Shown: positions 18,062 to 25,091 of the stretch, piece after piece
Position numbering within the stretch: the first letter of the stretch is position 1
Layout of the letters: every line of letters begins with the position of its first letter
Source of the DNA: a virus
Lineage: Duplodnaviria; Caudoviricetes
Direction: 5' to 3' (one strand)
Virus record (IMG/VR): IMGVR_UViG_3300032237_000716
Coordinates: 1-42,564 of that record
DNA: 42,564 nucleotides
Made by a program: the position numbers and the translations under genes
The notes under the pieces: model-generated
The model's database searches: none
Seen by the model: only the letters and a program-made list of their open reading frames with translations
Told to the model about the DNA's origin: nothing

Positions 18062-18222
18062 TTTGTTTCTGGGGTGAGGTTGAACAGGGGACCCAGCTGG
18101 CTGCCATTGGAGAACGGCAGCCAGCCTTGGGCGGGCTTCTCGGTGCGCTGCACCGTTGGAGACCACTCTCGTGGTTCTGCTCCGTCGATCGGCATTGAGT
18201 TTTGCCTGTATCGGTGTTTCAT
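18058..18222 (-). CDS. Hypothetical protein
   Basis: ATG at 18222 (MKHRYRQ); stop overlaps the next ATG. Confidence 0.5.
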   Translation of the reverse strand: MKHRYRQNSMPIDGAEPREWSPTVQRTEKPAQGWLPFSNGSQLGPLFNLTPETK

Positions 18223-18283
18223 CGGTCGAATTGGCAGGCGGTGGGATGGGTTGCCGGGTTTTGCGACGCCCGGCGGGAGGCGA

Positions 18284-18412
18284 TCAGGGGCCAGGCCACG
18301 CACCAGGGGGCCGCGTGGCAGTGCTTGGCATTGGTGGCGACTGGGGCCCCCACAAGCCGATCAGCAGAGCCAGCAGCGCAACCACAAGGCGTGTCGTGGG
18401 AAGGCGTCGCAT
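18284..18412 (-). CDS. Possible 42-aa membrane or secreted peptide, not in the ORF track
   Basis: MRRLPTTRLVVALLALLIGLWGPQ... starts 3 nt after the ardC stop. Confidence 0.4.
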   Translation of the reverse strand: MRRLPTTRLVVALLALLIGLWGPQSPPMPSTATRPPGAWPGP

Positions 18413-18415
18413 GGT

Positions 18416-19384
18416 TCAGGCCTCCCCTGCATCAGCGGCCGGGGCTTCCGGTGCGATCAGATCGGCCGCCTGCCTGGCCTGGCTCAGCACCTGAAACAGG
18501 GTGCGCGGCCCCTCCTGCAACACCTCGACCCAGTTCGCCAGATAGGCGGCATGGTTCTCAAACTCGCTGCCGATCTCCAGCCGCCGGCACAGCAGCACGG
18601 CGCCAAGCTCGGCCACCAGCTCCTCTCGGGCGTAAGCCTTGCTGCCGAAGGTGCCGCCCATCGGCCGCGCCAGCCGGTCAGCGTGGCCGGTGCTGTGGAT
18701 CTGCTCGTGGGCCCACGTTGCAGCGAACGCCTCGCGGGACTCGAAGGCCTCGGGGTTGGGCATGCTGATGCGATCCAAACCGGGCAGGTAGCAGTGCTGC
18801 GCCCCGCCGTAGGCGGTCTGCACCTCCCAGGCCTCGAGGACGGCTTCGGCAGCCTCCAGCCGGGCCGCGGGCTCCTTGGGTTTGGTCTGGCCGATGGCCG
18901 CGGCGATCCGCTCGGCCAGTGCCGCGGCGGTCTCGCCGGTGGCGCCCACCAGGTCGGCGGCATTGAACACCGGGACCACCTTGTAGGAGGTCCAGGCCTT
19001 CAGCACGGTTTCAGCGTTGCCGGTGTCGGGGTTGATGCCCTCCTCCTCGCGCTTGTTGAGCTGTGGCCGCAGGATCCGGGCGGCGGTGCAGCCCTTGCCG
19101 GGATACCAGCCCTCAGCCTTGGCCTGCGCACCACCCAGCCATAGGGGCAGGCTGTGGCCACGCATCAGGCCTCCCAGCTCCAGCAGCAGGGGATTCCCCC
19201 CGCGGTATTCGGCGCCGGTCATAAGGTTGCGATGGTGGCCGGCCTCTCCCTGGAACGGGCGGCGCCATGGTGCGGTTCCCTGCTCCAGCAGGGCCACCAG
19301 ATCAGCGCACAGCTTCTCCTCTGGCTTGGGCCCGTCGTAGGCCTTTCTGCCCTTGGTGCGGGGCTTTGTTGGTGTCGTTGTCAT
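18416..19384 (-). CDS. ardC: ArdC-like antirestriction ssDNA-binding protein with a zincin-like metallopeptidase domain
   Basis: GTAPWRRPF, YRGGNPLLL, VFNAAD, HEQIHSTG (HExxH), YAREELVAELGA and HAAYLANW motifs. Confidence 0.92.
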   Translation of the reverse strand: MTTTPTKPRTKGRKAYDGPKPEEKLCADLVALLEQGTAPWRRPFQGEAGHHRNLMTGAEYRGGNPLLLELGGLMRGHSLPLWLGGAQAKAEGWYPGKGCTAARILRPQLNKREEEGINPDTGNAETVLKAWTSYKVVPVFNAADLVGATGETAAALAERIAAAIGQTKPKEPAARLEAAEAVLEAWEVQTAYGGAQHCYLPGLDRISMPNPEAFESREAFAATWAHEQIHSTGHADRLARPMGGTFGSKAYAREELVAELGAVLLCRRLEIGSEFENHAAYLANWVEVLQEGPRTLFQVLSQARQAADLIAPEAPAADAGEA

Positions 19385-19465
19385 TGGTGGTAGGTGGTAG
19401 GTGGTAGGTGTGCTGCCAGAGGGCAGCAGGGAAGCCCCGCGGGGCCTCCGTGCTGTTTTCGGGGG

Positions 19466-20056
19466 TCAAGCCCCCAGCGCGTAGCGAATGGCATCGACAG
19501 CGCGGCCCCGGCGCCGGCTTGCCGTCATGGGCGAGGTGCCGAGGATGGCCGCGGCCTCGCGGATGCTCCGCCCCTCCAGAACCAGCAGGCGCAGCGCTGC
19601 AGCATCGGCAGCCGGCAAGCGCTCCACCATCTGCGCCACTTCAGCGGCCAGAGCGTCGCGGGGAGCGTCCTCCTCCGGCTTCGGGGCCTCCAGCAGGTCA
19701 AGGAAGGAAGGCCCTCCCTCCACCGTTGGGGCGTCTAGGGAGGCGTGGCCCAGGGGCCAGCCGCCGGCCTCATGGGCACGGCGGGACACGCGAACCAGCC
19801 GGACGCGATCCCGGACGTAATGGCGGAGCGCTCCGGCGATGGAGCACCGAAGGAAGTGGGGCGGATCGGTTTCAGGGGCAACGCGGGCGGCGGCTTGCAC
19901 CAGGGCAAAGCGCGCCTCCTGCTGCAGGTCCTCGAGCTCGGCCAGGCCTCGCAGCCGGCGGGCGGCGGAGCGGGCCAGGGCATCGGCCTCGGGCAGGTAA
20001 CGGCGCACGAGGCGGTCACGGGTCGCCATGGCGGCGGCCTGGGTAGTGGTGTCCAC
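19466..20056 (-). CDS. Sigma-70 family sigma factor (SigF/SigB-like, region 3 largely missing)
   Basis: RDRLVRRYL, EDLQQEARFALVQAA, IAGALRHYVRD..RLVRV and SLD motifs; region 4 SIREAAAILGTSPMTASRR. Confidence 0.88.
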   Translation of the reverse strand: MDTTTQAAAMATRDRLVRRYLPEADALARSAARRLRGLAELEDLQQEARFALVQAAARVAPETDPPHFLRCSIAGALRHYVRDRVRLVRVSRRAHEAGGWPLGHASLDAPTVEGGPSFLDLLEAPKPEEDAPRDALAAEVAQMVERLPAADAAALRLLVLEGRSIREAAAILGTSPMTASRRRGRAVDAIRYALGA

Positions 20057-20086
20057 GGTGGTAGGTGGGTAGGTGGTGGGCAGGCC

Positions 20087-20410
20087 TCAGGCCAGGGTTA
20101 GGGCGGTCAGCAGATCGGCGCGGCGGCCGCTGCGAGCCAGCGCACGGAAACCAGCGGCCCGGGCCAGTTGACGCAGCTGCACCACGGTCAGCGCGGCCGC
20201 AGGCGTCGCCACTGCAACGGGCGGGCCGGCGACATGAATCCGGTCCGAGACCATGGGCGCCACTGATGCCACGGCTGCCGGTGCTGCCGGTGCTGGCCTG
20301 TAGCCGGCCACGGTCAGGACCAGGGCGACGCATGGCACGGCAACGGCGCGAACCAGGCGGACGACGGCAACGACGGCGACAGCGCCGGCCTCGATGGGGT
20401 GAGTCTTCAT
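20087..20410 (-). CDS. Small protein with hydrophobic N-terminus and C-terminal Rho_N/HeH-like domain
   Basis: LTVVQLRQLARAAGFRALARSGRRADLLTAL. Confidence 0.65.
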   Translation of the reverse strand: MKTHPIEAGAVAVVAVVRLVRAVAVPCVALVLTVAGYRPAPAAPAAVASVAPMVSDRIHVAGPPVAVATPAAALTVVQLRQLARAAGFRALARSGRRADLLTALTLA

Positions 20411-20823
20411 TGGGTGGTAGTGCGGTGGGTGGTGCCAGGCTCCGCAGTCCTCAGCGGTTCCCCCTGGCTTCCGAAGGATACACAGATGGAATGGTCGGCG
20501 GGAGGGGCATTGTCTCTTCTGCCGAAAGTCTTAACATTTCGGGTGTTGACGGCTGGGCCCTGCCGGGTGGCGGTGCTGACCTGCCGCCGGCAGCGGATGC
20601 TCAATCCGCCGAGGCCCCCTGCGGCGCGGTCAGCCTGCCCGGCCTGCTGCCGATGGCCCAGCGGCGGCAGCCTGCTGGGATGGATCGGCACCCCCCGCAG
20701 GGGGGGGATTGGGGCGCCCAGCGCTGGGGGCCCCCCCGACCAAATGCGCCATATTTTTCGGGCTGTCCTGGGTGCGTTGGTCCACAGGGCTGCAGCGGTT
20801 GCAGTGGATCCGGTTGTCGGTGG

Positions 20824-20940
20824 GATGGTGTCTCGTACGGCTTCGCCCCACAGCGCCCCTGAGATGGTGTCTCGTACGGCTTCGCCCCACAGCGCCCCTG
20901 AGATGGTGTCTCGTACGGCTTCGCCCCACAGCGCCCCTGA
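20824..20940. repeat. Three perfect tandem 39-bp repeats
   Basis: GATGGTGTCTCGTACGGCTTCGCCCCACAGCGCCCCTGA at 20824, 20863 and 20902. Confidence 0.97.
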
Positions 20941-21248
20941 ACAGCCCGCCTCGCCGGCGGGGCATCCCAGCTGCGCTTCGCTCCGCCGGGATTCACACGA
21001 TGGAAGGAGGGATGAGTGCGTTCGAGGGGGGGGAGGGGAGCCGTGGGACCCGGGAGCAATGGCTGCTATGGGGTCACTAGAGAGATCATCAGATCAATTA
21101 CCAAACGGGCCTGTTGTGGGCGGGTGTTTCGGGGGTAGCTTTATAGGCGCCGCTATAGGCACAAAACGACAACCCTCTCCACGACTGGGCTGCGAAACCA
21201 GAAGTGGATGCAAACGGGCTGTCTGACCGCCCCAAACGCGATCAACGA

Positions 21249-21653
21249 ATGGACTCTAGGCATTTCATCAAGATGTACCTGCCGGACACCAGCGCCATGG
21301 AGGACCGGCTGCTGCTGCTGGTGCGGCAGAAGAAGCTGCAGCCCCGCGACCTGGTGGTGGTGCGAGCTCTGCAGATGTGCATGTGCAGGGCCGCCGGGCG
21401 GGACCAGGGCCGGATCAAGGCCAGCGTCGAGCACCTGGCGGAGTTGACGGGCACCAAGCCCCCGAACGTCCACACGTCGATGACCCGGTTGCGGAAGGGG
21501 TACCTGCTGGTGCGCTGCCGGAACCGCCGCAGCGGCGAGGTGTTCTACTTGCTGGATCCGCACCTATGGGCGATCGGGAGGGCTCAGAAAGAGGGGCACC
21601 TGTGGGCCCAGTTCAAGGAAGCCTTCGAACGTGGCGGCGATGTGGAGGACTGA
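21249..21653 (+). CDS. Winged-helix DNA-binding protein resembling plasmid RepL-type replication proteins
   Basis: FIKMY...RIKASVEHLAELTGTKPPNVHTSMTRL...YLLDPHLWAIG. Confidence 0.6.
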   Translation: MDSRHFIKMYLPDTSAMEDRLLLLVRQKKLQPRDLVVVRALQMCMCRAAGRDQGRIKASVEHLAELTGTKPPNVHTSMTRLRKGYLLVRCRNRRSGEVFYLLDPHLWAIGRAQKEGHLWAQFKEAFERGGDVED

Positions 21654-21694
21654 GGACGACGGCGTTAGATTTCGCTCGACGCTGCGATCCACCC

Positions 21695-22309
21695 GTGTAC
21701 CTGAGCAATGTTGAGAAGGAGGTCCTGCAACTGACCGGCTACGGCGATGTCCCGCCGTGGGCCGTGCAGCAAGGGCTGGAGCAGGCGCTGGCGCGTGGCA
21801 CCTATGTGCCCGGGGAGGAGGCGTTGCGGATGCGGCTGGAGGAGCAGCTGGACCTGGAAGAGCGGCTAGCGACGGCCGGGGGGAAGACCACGGAGCAGCA
21901 GGCCGAGGAGGCCGACGACGAGGATTCCGCCAGCGACCTCCAGCAAGGGCTCCTTGAAGGCCTCAACACAACCGATGACAATGCGGAAGACATGGAAGCC
22001 CAGGAAGTCACCAGCGACGACCAGGAGGCGCCAGGAGGCCCCTCGGCCGACGGATGGCGATCTCCGCTGGAGATCGTGCAAGAAGGCGCCTTGGAGCAGG
22101 AGCTGGGCCACCCTGACGAAGAAGCTGCCGAGCCGGCCCCCGCGGATCCGCAGATCGAACACCGCGATTTCTCCAGCTTCACCAAGAGCCAGCTGGTCAG
22201 CTTCGCCGCGGATCAGTTCGGGGTGAAGCTGAAGCGAACGGTTTCCAGGGACGAGCTGATCGCCACGGTGCAGGGGCTTGTGGATGAAGCCAACGAGGAG
22301 GTCGTATGA
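21695..22309 (+). CDS. Acidic protein with C-terminal Rho_N/HeH-like domain
   Basis: GTG start (VYLSNVEKE); D/E-rich middle; FTKSQLVSFAADQFGVKLKRTVSRDELIATV. Confidence 0.7.
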   Translation: MYLSNVEKEVLQLTGYGDVPPWAVQQGLEQALARGTYVPGEEALRMRLEEQLDLEERLATAGGKTTEQQAEEADDEDSASDLQQGLLEGLNTTDDNAEDMEAQEVTSDDQEAPGGPSADGWRSPLEIVQEGALEQELGHPDEEAAEPAPADPQIEHRDFSSFTKSQLVSFAADQFGVKLKRTVSRDELIATVQGLVDEANEEVV

Positions 22310-22346
22310 TGCCCCTGTCGGCCGGGTGTGGTAGCCCTTCCGGTAG

Positions 22347-24245
22347 GTGCAGGAAATCCCCGTCCGGGCTTGCCTTGGCGGGGGTTTCCCCTTGATCCCT
22401 GACTGGGAACCACTGCCAGAGGAGCTGTGGCCGGTCGAGCTGTTTGCTGCCTACATCCTGCAGGAGCTGGGCCTGGCCGACGAGCCGACCAAGCAGCAGC
22501 TGGGCATCCTCGAATGGGGAAACGCAGGCCCCCAGCATCAGATCACCGTGGGTTTTCGGGGGGTGGCAAAGTCCACGATGGCTGCCATCGATGCGATGCA
22601 TCGGTTGCGGATCGATCCCTTCAACGAGCGGGTGCTGATCGTCTCCAACACCGACGAGAAGGGGGCAGAGATCACCGGGCAGATGTTGGCCTGGACTCAG
22701 ACCATCGACATCCTGAGGTGCCTGCAGCCGCGGCCCGATGGCCTCAAGGCCGCCGGTGCGTTCAACGTGGCGCCCGCCCGGATCGGGGCGGAGCAGGCGC
22801 CTTCTGTGCGGGCCTCGGGGATCCTGGCGTCGGCTTTGACCGGGAAGCGGGCCACCTTCATCGTGCCCGACGACATCGAGACCCTGAACAACTCGATCAC
22901 GCCGCTGAAGGTCGAGCGGTTGTTCCACGCGATCAGCGAGCTCGAAAGCATCATCAAGCCGGCGGACCGTGACTGGGATCCCAGCAACCCCCCCAGCTTC
23001 GGCATGGCCGACCAGGTGCGGCAGGTGTTCCCGCGGAGGATCAGCTACAAGGGCACCCCCCACCTTGAAACCTCGCTGTACTGGCGGCTTGTGCGCGAGC
23101 GGGGCTATGCGATCCGGTTCTGGCCGGCGCGGTATCCAGATCCCAGCAAGCCGGAGGAGTGGGAGGCCTACGAAGGACACCTTGATCCACTGATTGCCTC
23201 GGAGGTGCAGGCCCACCCGGAGCTTGCGGGGGCGCCCACCGATCCAGAGCGCTTCGACCACGAGGAGCTGCTGGGTCGCCAGAGCCGGCTGAGCCGCCAG
23301 AACTGGCAGCTGCAGTGGATGCTGAACACCAGGATCAGCACGGCCGACCGTTACCCGATCCGCCTCGGCGACCTGGTGGTGCTGGCGCTGGATGGGAAGG
23401 CCCTGCCGGAGCTGGTGGTGTGGTCCGACGACACCGAACTGCGCCACAGCGATCTGGTGTGCGTTGGGATGGGCGCCGATCGGCACTACCACAAGCCGAA
23501 GGTGCTCGGCAGCTGGCTACCGCGAGCGGAGAAGTGGAACGCCGGCCTGTTCATCGACCCTTCCGGCCGCGGCAAAGACGAACTGGCCTGGACCGTGCTG
23601 GCGGAGTTGAACGGCAACGTCTTCCAGCTCGAAGAGGGCGGCACCAGTGGCGGCTATGGGGAGGATGTGCTGATGCTGCTGGCCCAGCGCGCCAAGCACT
23701 GGCAGGTCGTCACCGTGAAGGCCGAGTCGAACTTCGGCGACGGCATGTTTGCGGCCTTGCTGCAGCCGGTGATGACCAGGATCCACCGGATCGCGGTTGA
23801 AGAGGAGCGGGTCAGCCAGCAGAAGGAGCGGCGGATCGTGGACATCTTGGCGCCGTTGATCCAGCAGCACCGGCTGATCGTGGCCAAGCAGGTGCTGCAG
23901 CGCAGCTATGCCGAGGCTGAGCAGGACGCGGAGCACGGCCACCTGAGATCGCTTCCTTACCAGCTGTCACGCATCACGACGGAGAAAGGCAGCCTGGAGT
24001 GGGACGACCGCGTGGACGTGCTTTCGTTTGGCGTGAAGCACTTTCTGGACCTGCTGGCGAAGGACCAGGAAAAGGAGCAGCAGCGACGGGTGGAGGAAGA
24101 GGAGGACGCCCTGCTGGAGCTGTTCTTGAGCGATGACGCGAGCGCCATCGACACCCTGGTGCTGGGTGGCCGGCGGCCGGCGCAGCGGGGGCCCCAGGGC
24201 GGCGTCACCCGGGAGCCGCGGCCGGTGGCAGCGACAAGGCACTAA
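22347..24245 (+). CDS. terL: Terminase large subunit (T7 gp19-like)
   Basis: GFRGVAKS Walker A, TGKRA, PDDIE Walker B, IDPSGRGKDE and DDRVD nuclease motifs; start codon uncertain. Confidence 0.96.
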   Translation: MQEIPVRACLGGGFPLIPDWEPLPEELWPVELFAAYILQELGLADEPTKQQLGILEWGNAGPQHQITVGFRGVAKSTMAAIDAMHRLRIDPFNERVLIVSNTDEKGAEITGQMLAWTQTIDILRCLQPRPDGLKAAGAFNVAPARIGAEQAPSVRASGILASALTGKRATFIVPDDIETLNNSITPLKVERLFHAISELESIIKPADRDWDPSNPPSFGMADQVRQVFPRRISYKGTPHLETSLYWRLVRERGYAIRFWPARYPDPSKPEEWEAYEGHLDPLIASEVQAHPELAGAPTDPERFDHEELLGRQSRLSRQNWQLQWMLNTRISTADRYPIRLGDLVVLALDGKALPELVVWSDDTELRHSDLVCVGMGADRHYHKPKVLGSWLPRAEKWNAGLFIDPSGRGKDELAWTVLAELNGNVFQLEEGGTSGGYGEDVLMLLAQRAKHWQVVTVKAESNFGDGMFAALLQPVMTRIHRIAVEEERVSQQKERRIVDILAPLIQQHRLIVAKQVLQRSYAEAEQDAEHGHLRSLPYQLSRITTEKGSLEWDDRVDVLSFGVKHFLDLLAKDQEKEQQRRVEEEEDALLELFLSDDASAIDTLVLGGRRPAQRGPQGGVTREPRPVAATRH

Positions 24246-24532
24246 GCCGCCCCCTCCACCGGAGGGGTGGGCAGCGCCACCAGGCGGCGCTTTTCCTTGA
24301 TGCGGCTGCTGTCGATGTTGCTGCTGATCTTTGCCTTGAGCTTTTCCCTCTGCGAATCACCGATTGAGGAGGTGATTCCGTTGTGCTTGAGCACCGCCAG
24401 GGCCAGGCGCTTGTCCTCGTCGGTCGGCACTCTCACACTGCCGTCTTTGAGAACACGGACATCAAGGGCCTCGTCGATCTCTTTCAGCAGCTTGGCCTGG
24501 ATCGACTCCAGTTGTTCTTGGTGGTCGGCCAC
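24242..24532 (-). CDS. Probable terminase small subunit (T7 gp18-like)
   Basis: EQLESIQ...DKRLALAVLKHNGIT resembles the gp18 A..FLK.N.I motif; GTG start at 24532. Confidence 0.6.
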   Translation of the reverse strand: MADHQEQLESIQAKLLKEIDEALDVRVLKDGSVRVPTDEDKRLALAVLKHNGITSSIGDSQREKLKAKISSNIDSSRIKEKRRLVALPTPPVEGAA

Positions 24533-24563
24533 GTTTGCATGGATGCAGACTTCTTGCCCAATC

Positions 24564-25091
24564 ATGCCTTCCCTCGTCGGACCAACCAAGACGCCGCACC
24601 AGTTCGGTTTCAAGCCGGGTGACTTCCACCTGGTGATCAATGACGATGCGGAGACGCTGAAGGCCTTCGATTTCTACGGCAAAAAGCTGTTCACCATCCC
24701 CTGTCTGGCGCGGGGGCAGGGCAACGATGACGAGTGGCAGTCGCCCAACACCGACACCCCGCCAGGCCTCTACAAGGTGGGCAGCGTCTGGCGCGATTAC
24801 GAGCGGCTGGGCGATTTACCGAAGGCCGTCCCTCCCGATCTGCTGCCCTACGGCTGGTTCACGCTCGATCTTGAGGAGCTGGAAGCCCAGGAGCGCCGTT
24901 ACGGGCGTGCTGGCATCGCCATTCACGGCGGCGGTTCGGCGTTGGGACAGTGGGGCTGCTGGCAACCGCGGCAGCCCTTGCTGGCAACCCATGGCTGCGT
25001 TCGGGTTCACAACGCCGACCTGCGGGACCTCATCGCGCCCCTGCTGGCCAAGGGCACGGTGTTTGCGTCGGTCTACCAGGAAGGCGCTTAG
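24564..25091 (+). CDS. L,D-transpeptidase (YkuD-fold) protein, probable endolysin
   Basis: DTPPGLY, GIAIHGG and THGCVRVHN catalytic motifs. Confidence 0.85.
   Translation: MPSLVGPTKTPHQFGFKPGDFHLVINDDAETLKAFDFYGKKLFTIPCLARGQGNDDEWQSPNTDTPPGLYKVGSVWRDYERLGDLPKAVPPDLLPYGWFTLDLEELEAQERRYGRAGIAIHGGGSALGQWGCWQPRQPLLATHGCVRVHNADLRDLIAPLLAKGTVFASVYQEGA

Noticed and set aside
20824-20940. CRISPR array
   Set aside because: The repeats are head-to-tail with no spacers, and no cas genes are present
21136-21165. T7-like RNAP promoter (CTATAGG)
   Set aside because: Only a short resemblance, and it does not recur upstream of late genes
20399-21226. ORFs spanning the 39-bp repeat region
   Set aside because: Low-complexity translations in several frames with no protein features; treated as non-coding
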